The translations under genes were made by a program, and so were the position numbers. From Betaproteobacteria bacterium (GTDB lineage: Bacteria > Pseudomonadota > Gammaproteobacteria > Burkholderiales > SG8-41), in the NCBI GenBank assembly GCA_025363435.1, contig JANYDY010000090.1, positions 24,030 to 88,029 of the forward strand: 64,000 bases of DNA, in the 5' to 3' direction. This document shows positions 18,987 through 29,070 of this stretch, one piece after another. Within the stretch, counting starts at the first letter, position 1. The number at the start of each line of letters is the position of its first letter. A model generated the notes under the pieces. The model did not search any database and was not told where the DNA came from. It worked only from the letters and a program-made list of their open reading frames with translations.

Positions 18987-20090
18987 CTAGCGGCGCGCCA
19001 GCAGTTGTGCCGGCGCTGCTGCCGGCGGCGCGTAAGCAAGGCTTTGCCGCAGCGTATTGCCGTTGATGACGCGCACCAGTTTGTCCGCATACGCGGGGTC
19101 GGTGGCGTAACCGGCCTGCTGCAGGCCGCGCGCAAAACCGCGCGCATCCTGCGCCTGCGCCAGCACGCCGGCATAACGCGGATTGCCGCCGATCAGTTTG
19201 GCGTAATCCTTGAAGGCTTCGCCGTATGAAGCATAGACGCGGAATTTCGCGCTGGTCTTCTGCGCTACGCCGTTGACGTATTCGGTGGTGGTTTTTTCGA
19301 CAACCGGCCCGTTCCAGCCTTTGCCTGCTTTGACGCCGAACAGATTGTGCGTCGCGCTGCCGTCGCTGTTGCGTATCTCATGCTTGCCCCAGCCGCTTTC
19401 AAGCGCAGCCTGACCGACCATGAACTGCGGCCGCACGCCGATCGAGCGCGCCGCATCGACGGCATGGTTCCAGATGCGATTGACGAAGTCGCCGGTCTGC
19501 GCGATGGTTGACGCGCCGGACACGGCGCTCGCCGCATTGGCTGCAACCGGTGCAGATGCAGACGAGGCCGGCAAACCCGCCGAAGTCATGTGCTTGCTCA
19601 TGATCGGGTCAACCCAGGCTTCATCATCAAGCGAGAGCGGCTGCACATCAAGCGACTGCGCCGCCGGCATTGCCGGGGCGACTGCCATCGCCGCAGTGTC
19701 CAGATTCAATTTGGCCAGCGCCAGCGTCGACATTTGCAATGCCGCGCTTGAATCGGCTGCGGCCGCGGGTTCCGGCGCCGCACCGCCGCGCGACAACTGG
19801 CGCGCGATGGTATCGGCAAGACCGGTGCCGCGCGATGCCATCTGCTGTGCAAACTGCTGGTCGAGCATGGCGGTATAAATTTTTGTCTGCTCGCTGTCGA
19901 ACAAACCGTCTTTCGGTGTCGCCTCACGCATACTCTTCATGATCATGCCGAGAAACATCGCCTCGAACTGTTTGGCGGCACCGGCAATCGCCTTGTCGGG
20001 CGCGTGCCTGGCCTGCGACTTGAGCTGATCAAGACTCTGCGTGTCGACGGCCAGTGAACCAACCAGGCCCATGCTGTTGTTCGCGCTCAT
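18987..20090 (-). CDS. flgJ: Flagellar rod assembly protein / peptidoglycan hydrolase FlgJ
   Basis: 367 aa. Rod-binding domain (AAKQFEAMFLGMIMKSMRE) and C-terminal glucosaminidase (GQAALESGWGK...NLFGVKA). Confidence 0.9.
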   Translation of the reverse strand: MSANNSMGLVGSLAVDTQSLDQLKSQARHAPDKAIAGAAKQFEAMFLGMIMKSMREATPKDGLFDSEQTKIYTAMLDQQFAQQMASRGTGLADTIARQLSRGGAAPEPAAAADSSAALQMSTLALAKLNLDTAAMAVAPAMPAAQSLDVQPLSLDDEAWVDPIMSKHMTSAGLPASSASAPVAANAASAVSGASTIAQTGDFVNRIWNHAVDAARSIGVRPQFMVGQAALESGWGKHEIRNSDGSATHNLFGVKAGKGWNGPVVEKTTTEYVNGVAQKTSAKFRVYASYGEAFKDYAKLIGGNPRYAGVLAQAQDARGFARGLQQAGYATDPAYADKLVRVINGNTLRQSLAYAPPAAAPAQLLARR

Positions 20091-21220
20091 ATGATTTCCA
20101 GATCTGCGCGCAAGGCGCCGGCGGCTTTCATCGCCTGCAGTATCGCCAGCAGATCCTGCGGCGTGGCGCCGATCGAGTTGAGCGCTTTGACGACATCGGC
20201 AAGATTCGCCCCTCTGACCATGGTCAGCGCACCCTTGTCCTGGCGGATTTCAATCTGCTCGCGATTCGCCTGCACCGTAGTGCCGCCCGATAGCGGTCCG
20301 GGCTGGCTGATGATGGGCTCACTCGTGATGACGACCGAGAGATTGCCGTGCGAAATGGCGCAGGTGTCGATGGTGACACGGTTGTTCATGATCACCGAAC
20401 CGGTGCGCGCGTTGACGATGACGCGGGCCGGGCTTTCGGCCGGCGTGATATCGATCTCTTCGACATGCGCGAGAAATTCAACGCGGCGATCGCGTTCGGT
20501 CGGCGCCGCCACCTGGATCATGCGTGCATCGATCGCGCTGGCGATGCCGTCGCCGAATTTTCTGTTGATGCCGTCAACCACCCGCCGCGTTGTCGTGAAG
20601 TCGGTGGTATTCAAACCGAGATAGATGTAACCATCCTGGCCGAGCTGGGTCGCTACCGCGCGTTCTATCGTTGCGCCGCCGATGATGCGGCCGACGGAGA
20701 GATGATTGATCTGCACGCTGGAGCCGCCGGCGCTCGAAGCGCCTACCCCGCCGACCAGCACATTGCCCTGCGCCATTGCGTAGGTCTGGCCGTCGGCGCC
20801 TTTCAGCGGCGACAGCAGCAGCGTGCCGCCGCGCAGCGATTTCGCATTGCCCATCGACGACACGGTGACATCGATGGTCTGTCCCGGCTGCGAAAACGCC
20901 GGCAGCTGCCCCGTCATCATCACTGCGGCGACATTTTTCAATTGCAGATTAGTGCCCGGCGGCAGATTGACGCCGAGTTGCCCGAGCATGCTGGTCAGGC
21001 TCTGCACGGTGAACGGCGTTTGCGTCGTTTGATCGCCGCTGCCGTCGAGGCCGACGACCAGGCCGTAGCCGATCAACTGGTTGGCGCGCACGCCCTGCAC
21101 GCTGGCAAGATCCTTGATGCGCTCGGCGCGCGCGCCGGCGGCAATCGCCATTACGCCGAGCAGCGCCAGCAGCGTCAGCGCGATGCCCGAGGAGAGAAAT
21201 CCGGAATGGAGGCGGCGCAT
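20087..21220 (-). CDS. flgI: Flagellar P-ring protein FlgI
   Basis: 377 aa. Signal peptide, then RIKDLASVQGVRANQLIGYGLVVGLDGSGD. Confidence 0.97.
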   Translation of the reverse strand: MRRLHSGFLSSGIALTLLALLGVMAIAAGARAERIKDLASVQGVRANQLIGYGLVVGLDGSGDQTTQTPFTVQSLTSMLGQLGVNLPPGTNLQLKNVAAVMMTGQLPAFSQPGQTIDVTVSSMGNAKSLRGGTLLLSPLKGADGQTYAMAQGNVLVGGVGASSAGGSSVQINHLSVGRIIGGATIERAVATQLGQDGYIYLGLNTTDFTTTRRVVDGINRKFGDGIASAIDARMIQVAAPTERDRRVEFLAHVEEIDITPAESPARVIVNARTGSVIMNNRVTIDTCAISHGNLSVVITSEPIISQPGPLSGGTTVQANREQIEIRQDKGALTMVRGANLADVVKALNSIGATPQDLLAILQAMKAAGALRADLEII

Positions 21221-21222
21221 GA

Positions 21223-21912
21223 TCAGAACGGCAGGGTGTTCAGGAAAAAGCGCGACAACCAGCCCATGTTCTGCGCGTTTTCGATTTGTCCGCTGCCGCG
21301 GTATTCAATGCGGGCGTCGGCGATCTGCACCGAGTTCACGCTGTTGGCGGAGGTCATGTAAAGCGGATTGACCACGCCGGAGAGGCGGATGAATTCGGAG
21401 CCGTGATTGATGCCGACCTGCTTCTCGCCGCTAACCAGCAAATTGCCGTTCGGATAAACCTCGATTATGGTGACTGTGATGGTGCCGGTGAAAACGTTGT
21501 TGCTGGCGGTTTCACCGTCGCCGCTGAATTTGATATCGGAGTTGGCCGCGAGTCCGGCACCCATGAAACTCTTGCCCGGCAATCCCGACACATTGGTAAC
21601 GCCGAAGTTGTTGTCGCTCGAACGGTTGGTCGTCGTATTCGATTTTTTATCGGCAGACGTGTTCTCGACGATATTGACGGTCAGCGTATCGCCGACATTG
21701 CGCGCGCGGCGGTCTTCGAACAACGGCCGGTGAAAACCGGTTTGATAAATCGCGCCGTTAGCCTGCGCCGGCGCGGCGAGCATCGGCGGGCGCACGCTCA
21801 TCGGCTGGTGCACCGAGGTTGCCGGCGTGGTGGTGATGCAGGCCGACAGCGGCAATGCCAGCAGCGCGGCGGCGGCACGCAGGCTGCGATTGCAATGGAA
21901 GATGAATTTCAC
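21223..21912 (-). CDS. flgH: Flagellar L-ring lipoprotein FlgH
   Basis: 229 aa. Lipobox LPLSAC; LFEDRRARNVGDTLTVNIVE core. Confidence 0.95.
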   Translation of the reverse strand: MKFIFHCNRSLRAAAALLALPLSACITTTPATSVHQPMSVRPPMLAAPAQANGAIYQTGFHRPLFEDRRARNVGDTLTVNIVENTSADKKSNTTTNRSSDNNFGVTNVSGLPGKSFMGAGLAANSDIKFSGDGETASNNVFTGTITVTIIEVYPNGNLLVSGEKQVGINHGSEFIRLSGVVNPLYMTSANSVNSVQIADARIEYRGSGQIENAQNMGWLSRFFLNTLPF

Positions 21913-21929
21913 GCTTGTTCCCTCTGTGC

Positions 21930-22712
21930 TTACAGTTGCGCCAGCTTTTGCAGCATCTGGTCGGAGGCCTGGATCGATTTCGAATTGATCTCGTAGGCGC
22001 GCTGGGTTTGAATCATGCTCACCAGTTCCTCGACGACGTTGACGTTCGACGTCTCGACGTAACCCTGATTCAACAGGCCGAGGCCGTTGGTGCCCGGCGT
22101 GTTGGCGTTCGGTGTGCCGGAGGCGGCCGTTTCCAGATAAAGGTTTTCGCCCATGCTTTGCAGGCCCGCCGGATTGACGAAGTTGACGAGCTGCAACTGG
22201 CCGGCCTGCGTCGGCGCCGCTGAACCTGCCTTGACCACGGAAATCACACCGTCGCGCGCAATCGTCACGCTCAACGAATTGGCCGGAATGGTGATCGAAG
22301 GCTGCACATGAAAGCCGCTTGAGGTCACCAGCGCACCCTGCGCATCGACGTGAAACGAGCCGTCGCGCGTGTAACCGGTGGTGCCGTCGGGCAGCAGTAC
22401 CTGGAAAAAACCCTGGCCGCTGACTGCGACATCGAGCGGGTTGTCGGTCTTTTGCAGATTGCCCTGCGTGAAAATGCGTTCGGTCGCAACCGGGCGCACA
22501 CCGGTGCCGATCTGCAATCCGGACGGCAGTTGCGTCTGCTGCGAAGACTGCGCACCGGGCTGGCGCAGCGTCTGATACAGCAAATCTTCAAACACCGCAC
22601 GCGCGCGCTTGAAACCGTTGGTGCTGACGTTGGCCAGATTGTTGGCGATGACATCCATATTGGTCTGCTGGGCGTCGAGGCCGGTCTTGGAAATCCACAG
22701 TGAGCGCATCAT
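21930..22712 (-). CDS. flgG: Flagellar distal rod protein FlgG
   Basis: 260 aa. [35 protein letters not shown], with the conserved rod-family C-terminus. Confidence 0.97.
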   Translation of the reverse strand: MMRSLWISKTGLDAQQTNMDVIANNLANVSTNGFKRARAVFEDLLYQTLRQPGAQSSQQTQLPSGLQIGTGVRPVATERIFTQGNLQKTDNPLDVAVSGQGFFQVLLPDGTTGYTRDGSFHVDAQGALVTSSGFHVQPSITIPANSLSVTIARDGVISVVKAGSAAPTQAGQLQLVNFVNPAGLQSMGENLYLETAASGTPNANTPGTNGLGLLNQGYVETSNVNVVEELVSMIQTQRAYEINSKSIQASDQMLQKLAQL

Positions 22713-22780
22713 GATTGCATCCGTTTCTTGAGTGGTATCGTTCAGGCGTTAATTCGATTTGCGCGATTTGCCGTTTTGCA

Positions 22781-23524
22781 TCAACCCTGCAGCCCGAGCA
22801 GCTGCGCGGCATCTTTCGAATTGTTCTCGGCGTTCTGCAGCAGCTTGATCTGCATGTCGTACTGGCGCGACAGCGAGATCATGCTCACCATCTGCTCGAC
22901 CGCATTGACGTTGCTCGCTTCGAGCGCGCCCGACACCAGTTTGACGTTGCTGTCGGCCGCCGCCGCCGCGCCGGCGCGCAGGCGGAACAGGCCGTCGCTG
23001 CCGCGTTCGAGTTCTGCTTCCGGCGGATTAACAAGTTTGATGCGCCCCACCGTCGTATTGCCGGCGGGCCGCGTGCCGGTCGGCACGGTCGACAGCGTGC
23101 CGTCACCGGCGATCGTGATCAGCGTGTCTGCCGGAATTGCAATAGTGCCGCCGTCGCCCATCACCGCGTGACCGGCGCGCGTCTGCAAGACGCCGTTAGC
23201 GGAAAGTTGCAGACTGCCGTTACGCGTATACGCTTCGCTGCCGTCCGGCGCTTGCACCGCAATCCAGCCCTTGCCTTGCACCGCGACATCGAGATCACGC
23301 CCGGTCTGCTGAATCGCGCCCGGCGTGAAATCCGCACCCGGTGTTGAATCAACGACGAAGGTGCGCGTGTTCAAACCCGCGCCGGCTACCGGCACCGCGC
23401 GGAACACGCTCATCTCGGCGCGAAATCCGTTGGTGGTGAGGTTGGCGAGATTGTGCGCAACCGTGGCCTGCTGACCCATGGTCTGCTTGGCGCCGCTGGT
23501 GGCGAGATAAATCATGCGATCCAT
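22781..23524 (-). CDS. flgF: Flagellar proximal rod protein FlgF
   Basis: 247 aa. MDRMIYLATSGAKQTMGQQATVAHNLANLTTNGFR; rod-family termini. Confidence 0.93.
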   Translation of the reverse strand: MDRMIYLATSGAKQTMGQQATVAHNLANLTTNGFRAEMSVFRAVPVAGAGLNTRTFVVDSTPGADFTPGAIQQTGRDLDVAVQGKGWIAVQAPDGSEAYTRNGSLQLSANGVLQTRAGHAVMGDGGTIAIPADTLITIAGDGTLSTVPTGTRPAGNTTVGRIKLVNPPEAELERGSDGLFRLRAGAAAAADSNVKLVSGALEASNVNAVEQMVSMISLSRQYDMQIKLLQNAENNSKDAAQLLGLQG

Positions 23525-23571
23525 GGTTTACTCCGTTGGCATGGAAAGTGTGGCGGTTGCGATCAACCGCA

Positions 23572-24813
23572 TTACTTCAGGTTGACCAGCGTTTGCAGCA
23601 CCGCGTCCTGCGTCTTGATCGATTGCGCGTTGGCCTGATAAACACGTTGCGCGGTGATCATGTTGACGAGCTCGGCGGTAAGATCGACGTTCGACGATTC
23701 GGTCGCCGATGCCTGCGTCGCACCGAGGTCGCCGCTGCCGGGCGCGCCGACCACCGGCAATCCGGAATCGGCAGTTTCATCCCAGCGTCCATTGCCGCTC
23801 GGCCGCAGGCCGCGCGGATCGGAAAAATTCGCCAGCACGAACTGGCCGAGATTGCGGCTCTGCCCGTTCGTGTAGTGGCCGACCATGATGCCGTCGGCGC
23901 CGACGTTGAAGCCGGCAAGGCGGCCGGAAGCGAAACCGTCCTGCACCAGCGAATTGACCGCGAAGCTGGCGCCGAACTGCGTGGTGCCGCTGAAATCGAG
24001 CGCAAAGTTCATCGGGCTGGTCGCGCCACCAGCGATCGTTAGCGCCACCGGCGAAATCGGCATGACGGTAGTCAGAGCACCGCTTGCGTTGAAATTCACA
24101 TTGATCGGCAGCCCGGCGCCGCCGCCGAGATCGACGTTGGCAACCGCGGTGCCGTCAACCGTGGCGTGCAGATCCCACTGGCCGGCGGTTGCCGTCTTCA
24201 CAAAATATAGCGTGAACACATGCGAATTGCCGAGACTGTCGATAACCGAACCCGAAGTGGAATCGTTGTAGCTGGTCGGATCCGACGCGTTGAACACGCC
24301 GGTGGCCGGCAGCGTTTCGCTCGAATCAAGGTTCAGGCTGGACCTGAAGCTGGAGGTCGGCGTCGGCGGCAGTTGCGCGCTCGAAATCTGCATCGCCGCC
24401 GGTGCGGTCGGCACAATGTTGCCGGTGGCGTCAACACCGTAGCCGGTCACCCGGAGATTGTCGGAGGTGACGATGTAGCCGGCGTTGTCGAGGTGGAACT
24501 GGCCGTTGCGCGTGTACGAAATCGTGCCGCTATCGCTCAGGCGGAAAAAACCCTTGCCGTTAACCGCGATGTCGAGCGGATTGTTGGTGACAGTGATCGC
24601 GCCCTGCGTGAACTCCTGTTCGATCGCCGCCACCTGCGTGCCGATGCCGATCGCAGTCGAGCCGGAACCGTTGAGCGAACTGGCGAACACATCGGAGAAC
24701 AACACGCGCGATTGTTTGAAGCCGACGGTGCCGGCGTTCGAAACGTTGTTGCCGATGACGTCGAGACTTTGCGACGCCGCATTAAGACCGCTTAATCCTG
24801 TTTGGAATGCCAT
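23572..24813 (-). CDS. flgE: Flagellar hook protein FlgE
   Basis: 413 aa. MAFQTGLSGLNAASQSLDVIGNNVSNAGTVGFK; C-terminus MITAQRVYQANAQSIKTQDAVLQTLVNLK. Confidence 0.93.
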   Translation of the reverse strand: MAFQTGLSGLNAASQSLDVIGNNVSNAGTVGFKQSRVLFSDVFASSLNGSGSTAIGIGTQVAAIEQEFTQGAITVTNNPLDIAVNGKGFFRLSDSGTISYTRNGQFHLDNAGYIVTSDNLRVTGYGVDATGNIVPTAPAAMQISSAQLPPTPTSSFRSSLNLDSSETLPATGVFNASDPTSYNDSTSGSVIDSLGNSHVFTLYFVKTATAGQWDLHATVDGTAVANVDLGGGAGLPINVNFNASGALTTVMPISPVALTIAGGATSPMNFALDFSGTTQFGASFAVNSLVQDGFASGRLAGFNVGADGIMVGHYTNGQSRNLGQFVLANFSDPRGLRPSGNGRWDETADSGLPVVGAPGSGDLGATQASATESSNVDLTAELVNMITAQRVYQANAQSIKTQDAVLQTLVNLK

Positions 24814-24825
24814 GATGCCTCCTGA

Positions 24826-25500
24826 TTACATGATTTGTCTGATTTGCTGCACCGGTACATCGCCGACACCGGTGACCATTGCATGCGCGCCGTCGCTGCC
24901 GAGCATGACGCTCGAAACCGTGCCGCTCATCAACGACGTGACGGGAACCGCTTTACCGCTGCTGGTTGCGGTGATCTGAAAGCTATAGGTGCCGGCGGCA
25001 GCGGTAACACCGCCGTCGCTGCGGCCGTCCCACTGGAAGCCGGCGAGCCCGGCCTGGCGCGCGCCGAGATCGATCTGGCGCACTACATTGCCGGACGGCC
25101 CGACGACGTTGACTTTGACGCTGTCGGCGGACTGCGAAAGATTAATGCCGCCGCTGACCGCCGCGCTGCCGTTGAAAGCGAGATTGCTGCCTTCGGCAAA
25201 TACCGTGTGGCCGATCAAGCCCGCCGACTGCAGCGATTGCGCCGAAATGAAAGAGGCGGACAGCGACTGCATCGCCGTATTCAGTTTTTCAATCCCGGTG
25301 ACGGTGCTGATCTGCGACAACTGCGAAGTCAGTTGCGCGTTGTCCATCGGATTCAAGGGATCCTGATTCTTCAGCTGCGACACCAGCAGTTTGAGAAAGC
25401 GGTCCTGAATGTCGCTCGAGTTCGATGCCGCGGCAGCGGCCATGCCGGCGGTAGTCGCTGCAGACGCGCCGCTGGCAGAGGTGTTTTGTACTGTGGGCAT
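24826..25500 (-). CDS. flgD: Flagellar hook capping/assembly protein FlgD
   Basis: 224 aa. LKNQDPLNPMDNAQLTSQLSQISTVTGIEKL motif. Confidence 0.9.
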   Translation of the reverse strand: MPTVQNTSASGASAATTAGMAAAAASNSSDIQDRFLKLLVSQLKNQDPLNPMDNAQLTSQLSQISTVTGIEKLNTAMQSLSASFISAQSLQSAGLIGHTVFAEGSNLAFNGSAAVSGGINLSQSADSVKVNVVGPSGNVVRQIDLGARQAGLAGFQWDGRSDGGVTAAAGTYSFQITATSSGKAVPVTSLMSGTVSSVMLGSDGAHAMVTGVGDVPVQQIRQIM

Positions 25501-25509
25501 GCGATCTCC

Positions 25510-25914
25510 TTATGAGCCGAGCTGCAAAGTTTTCAGCAACATCGTTTTGGCGGTGTTCATCATCTCGACGTTGTTCTGATACGAACGCGAGGCCGAAATC
25601 ATGTTGACCATTTCATCCACCACGTTGACGTTGGGCATCGAGACAAAACCCTTGGGGTCGGCGAGCGGATGCTGCGGGTTGTAAATCTGTTTGGCCGGCG
25701 ACTGATCTTCAATCACGCCGGTGACGCGCACGCCGCTGCCGGCTTCACCGGCCATCGGCACGCTGCTGAACACCACCTGCTTGCCGCGATAGACCTTGCC
25801 ATCGGGGCCGGCCGCACTTTCGGCATTGGCGAGATTGCTCGCCGTTGCATTGAGCCGCTGCGACTGCGCCGTCATGGCGCTGCCGGCAATGTCGAACACG
25901 TTAAAGAGTGACAT
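25510..25914 (-). CDS. flgC: Flagellar basal-body rod protein FlgC
   Basis: 134 aa. [31 protein letters not shown]; C-terminus [27 protein letters not shown]. Confidence 0.96.
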   Translation of the reverse strand: MSLFNVFDIAGSAMTAQSQRLNATASNLANAESAAGPDGKVYRGKQVVFSSVPMAGEAGSGVRVTGVIEDQSPAKQIYNPQHPLADPKGFVSMPNVNVVDEMVNMISASRSYQNNVEMMNTAKTMLLKTLQLGS

Positions 25915-25917
25915 GGC

Positions 25918-26328
25918 TTACCCCTGGATCGCTGCCAGCAAGGACTTCAGCTGGCTGTTGAGAAACATCAAATTGGCTTCGAAACGCACCGCGTTCTCGG
26001 CAAACTGCGCACGCTCGACATCCATATCAACCGTGTTGCCGTCGAGCGAAGGCTGCACCACCTGCCGGTAAAGCAAAGAGCTGCTGCCCGATGCCGATGC
26101 TTGCGGCGAGGCCAGATGCGTGTTCACTGTGCGTGTCAATTCGTTGGCCGAAACGCGGCCGGCCACGGCGTCGTTCAGCGACTTGGTAAAATCGATGTCG
26201 CGCGCCTTGAAGCCCGGCGTGTCGGCATTGGCAATGTTCGAGGCGAGGATCTGCTGGCGCAGGCCGCGCAGATTGAGCGCCTCCGCATGGAACTGCAGTG
26301 CTGCATCCAGTGAATTGGCCATGGTCAT
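25918..26328 (-). CDS. flgB: Flagellar basal-body rod protein FlgB
   Basis: 136 aa. RQQILASNIANADTPGFKARDIDF; first gene of the flgB operon. Confidence 0.95.
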   Translation of the reverse strand: MTMANSLDAALQFHAEALNLRGLRQQILASNIANADTPGFKARDIDFTKSLNDAVAGRVSANELTRTVNTHLASPQASASGSSSLLYRQVVQPSLDGNTVDMDVERAQFAENAVRFEANLMFLNSQLKSLLAAIQG

Positions 26329-26447
26329 TACCTTTGTTACTGCTTGTTGTCCTGCCTGATTACAGAATTTCCTGCGCTCTGCCGTGAATGCCTGTGCGTG
26401 ATATCCGGTGCACGCGCCATGCGGCAGTAAACGGTGTTCATCATAGG

Positions 26448-26466
26448 TAGCGCAGCGGCTGCGCTA
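26448..26466. promoter_or_regulatory. 19-bp palindrome in the flgB/flgA divergent promoter region
   Basis: TAGCGCAGC-g-GCTGCGCTA (9-bp perfect arms). A second 16-bp palindrome GCCCTCGCGCGAGGGC lies at 26513-26528. Confidence 0.3.
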
Positions 26467-26590
26467 TCAGGTGATTAGAAGGTCAAAAGCGGCTCATTTC
26501 CGCTGCTCGCCCGCCCTCGCGCGAGGGCAAAATCTGCCCATCGTTAAAGCAGGCGCGCACCCCGCCGGCGCTACTCTCGGAGAAAATCAC

Positions 26591-27304
26591 ATGAAGGCTT
26601 TTCTGCACTGCACCGCAGCTATTCTTCTGGCGATCGGTGCGAGCCTGTGCGCAACGCCTGTCGCCGCGCAAACACCCGCCATCCAGTCCGCCGCCTCGAT
26701 TCATCAAGCCGTCGAGCAGTTCGTGCGCCAGCAAACCAGCGGCCTGCCCGGCAAAATCGGCTACACCATAGGCGCCATCGATGCGCGCCTGGTGCTGCCG
26801 GCCTGCGGCGCGCTTGAAATATTTGTGCCAGCGGGCGGGCGTTTGTGGGGGCCTACTAACCTGGGCGTACGCTGCGGCGGCCCGGCGCAATGGACGATTT
26901 ACGTCAATGTCGATGTCAGAGTCGGCGGCAGCTATCTAACCGCCTCGCGCGCGCTCGCACCGGGCCAGGTCATCAGTGCGGCCGATATTGCCACGCAAAG
27001 CGGCGACCTCACGCTACTGCCGCAGGGTGTGCTCGCTAATATAGAGAACGCCGTCGGCCGGATCGCCGTCTCGTCGATCGCCGCCGGCCAGCCGCTGCGT
27101 TTCGACCAGTTACGCGCCCCGCTCGCCGTGCAACAGGGCCAATCGGTCAAATTGCTCTCCGGCGGCAACGGCTTTCGCGTCAGCGCCGAAGGCCGTGCCT
27201 TGAATAATGCACAGGAAGGGCAGCTCGCCCAGGTGCGCACCAACGGCGGCCAGACCGTTAGCGGCGTGGCGCGTGCCGGCGGCACGGTTGAGGTTGCGTT
27301 TTAA
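26591..27304 (+). CDS. flgA: Flagellar P-ring assembly chaperone FlgA
   Basis: The ATG at 26591 gives the signal peptide MKAFLHCTAAILLAIGASLCATPVAAQ. C-terminal FlgA/SAF-type region (AAGQPLRFDQLRAPLAVQQGQSVKLL). The track ORF starts at 26471. Confidence 0.85.
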   Translation: MKAFLHCTAAILLAIGASLCATPVAAQTPAIQSAASIHQAVEQFVRQQTSGLPGKIGYTIGAIDARLVLPACGALEIFVPAGGRLWGPTNLGVRCGGPAQWTIYVNVDVRVGGSYLTASRALAPGQVISAADIATQSGDLTLLPQGVLANIENAVGRIAVSSIAAGQPLRFDQLRAPLAVQQGQSVKLLSGGNGFRVSAEGRALNNAQEGQLAQVRTNGGQTVSGVARAGGTVEVAF

Positions 27305-27419
27305 GTCAGGCTGCCGAACCGCCGCATTTCGGCACAATGTCACTTAAATATATTTAATATATCGATCATGTGTTTACCCGTATTCGCGACCCCGCCAGCC
27401 GGCTATTTACCGGGTCGGC

Positions 27420-27446
27420 TAAAGTTTCGGCCGCGCCATACCGTAA
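27420..27446 (+). promoter_or_regulatory. Candidate sigma-28 (FliA) promoter of flgMN
   Basis: TAAAGTTT is a perfect match to the enterobacterial -35 TAAAGTTT. After N11 comes TACCGTAA, only ~4/8 to GCCGATAA. It sits 35 nt upstream of the flgM ATG. Confidence 0.4.
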
Positions 27447-27481
27447 TTTGCGATAGTCCGATCTTGCAAAGGTAGAGTCAC

Positions 27482-27787
27482 ATGAAAATCGATAACAGCC
27501 TCAAAACGATAGTCGGCGGGCCGTCTCTTGAAGACAGCACCCGTCCGGCCAGAAAATCCGGCAGCGGGTCCACCGCGGTTGCCAACGACAAAGTTGAACT
27601 AAGCAATGTCTCAGCCAGCCTGCAGGCCATCGAAAAAGGTTTCGCCGACACCCCGGTAGTCGATCAGGGCAAAGTGGACGAGATCAAACAAGCGATCGCC
27701 AACGGTCACTTCAAAGTCAACGCCGACAAAGTCGCCGACCGCCTGTTGAAAACCGTGCAGGACCTGATCAACGCACACAAAGCGTAA
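27482..27787 (+). CDS. flgM: Anti-sigma-28 factor FlgM
   Basis: 101 aa. C-terminal VDQGKVDEIKQAIANGHFKVNADKVADRLL is the FlgM sigma-binding region. Confidence 0.85.
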   Translation: MKIDNSLKTIVGGPSLEDSTRPARKSGSGSTAVANDKVELSNVSASLQAIEKGFADTPVVDQGKVDEIKQAIANGHFKVNADKVADRLLKTVQDLINAHKA

Positions 27788-27800
27788 TCATCCGTTCACC

Positions 27801-28274
27801 ATGGCCATCGACACCGCCGCATTGACCAGCAACATCGACCGCGAAATCGCGGCATTGCGCGTGCTCATCGATCTCCTGCGTGCCGAGCAATCGGCACTGG
27901 TGCGCGGTGAAAGCGAACGCATTGCGGAATTTGCCGAACCCAAGGCGGCTCATCTGTTTGAACTGACGCGCTTCGGTGAAGAACGCGCCCGCCTGCTCGC
28001 CGCCGCCGGACTCAAAGTCGACCGCGCCGGCATGCACCGCTTTTTTCGCGAAAACAACAGCGGCGCCGCACGCACCGCCTGGCGCAAACTGCTCGAACTC
28101 ACGCAAGTCGCGCAACAAACCAACACCACCAACGGCATGCTCATCACCGCGCGCTTGAACCACACCCAGCGCGCCCTCAGCGCCATCTTCTCCGCCGCGC
28201 GCGTCCCCGGCGCTTACGGCGCCGACGGCAACACCGTCAGCCTGCGCACCGCACAGCAACTCGCTGTCGCGTAA
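27801..28274 (+). CDS. flgN: Flagellar export chaperone FlgN
   Basis: 157 aa following flgM. LIDLLRAEQSALVRGESERIAEF is FlgN-family helical pattern. Confidence 0.8.
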   Translation: MAIDTAALTSNIDREIAALRVLIDLLRAEQSALVRGESERIAEFAEPKAAHLFELTRFGEERARLLAAAGLKVDRAGMHRFFRENNSGAARTAWRKLLELTQVAQQTNTTNGMLITARLNHTQRALSAIFSAARVPGAYGADGNTVSLRTAQQLAVA

Positions 28275-28760
28275 TTTTTCTTTGCGGCAAATTTTTGCGC
28301 AAGCGCAGAGTCGCTTGGGCCTAGTCACGGCCGTCGGGTCGCAGTTGCTTACTGGCCTCGGCGTCACACGTCTCCAATTCCGCCTGCTATTTCAAGTGAA
28401 TTGCCTCGCCTTATGGTCTGCGGTAACGTATTAGCTTAAGTAATGGTGGCGGTTATAGGTATAGCCGGGGTCATAGTCGACCTCCCTCATTGTGCGAGAC
28501 GGAGCAATGGTAATCCCATGGCTCATTCTGCCGATCGTTATCATTTGGGCATTCCTCGCCGGAGCAGGACTGCTAATGATGGTCACGTCGAAAATTGGAG
28601 ACCAATCCGAGCCGGTTCGATCGCGAACTCAACCAGCGCGGACGATTGCAGTCTTGTCGATTCTCTAATGCATATACTGTTGCTCGGGCCCAGCCTCAGG
28701 ACGGTTGATTGAAAAATGGAGTCGAGGTGAATTATCCAAGCAGAAGGTAAATCGGAAATC

Positions 28761-29009
28761 ATGCCGGACACGCCAAGATACTGGTTTCCTGCAAAACGCT
28801 ACGGTTGGGGTTGGAGCCTGCCTGTAGTCTGGCAAGGCCGGGCGGTCATGGCGGCTTTTGCAATTCTTCTTCTCATCGGCGCGGCGACCTTGCTGCCGGG
28901 CTATGGCCCGGCAGCATTCGTCGCCTTTGCAGCGCTGCTCTGCGCACTTCTAGTCGCAATATGCTGGATCAAAGGCGAGCCTCCATCCTGGCGGTGGGGC
29001 GGCAAATAA
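28761..29009 (+). CDS. Small membrane protein, unknown function
   Basis: 82 aa. WFPAKRYGWGWSLPVVWQGR followed by two hydrophobic helices. GC looks lower than in neighbouring genes. Confidence 0.5.
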   Translation: MPDTPRYWFPAKRYGWGWSLPVVWQGRAVMAAFAILLLIGAATLLPGYGPAAFVAFAALLCALLVAICWIKGEPPSWRWGGK

Positions 29010-29070
29010 AACTGTATATCGCGAGCATCCACCCGCTTCCCCCTGAGAGCCGCCGCAAAACAACGCGCGC

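Noticed and set aside
28611-28630. GGTTCGATCGCGAAC, a tRNA T-loop-like string
   Set aside because: Only a 5-bp local hairpin is present, with no acceptor, anticodon or D-arm context. It is not a tRNA.
28443-28712. 89-aa ORF in the flgN-fliA spacer
   Set aside because: It has no motif, hydrophobic pattern or convincing RBS. An alternative frame (28507-28668) gives a more protein-like TM peptide, but even that is weak.
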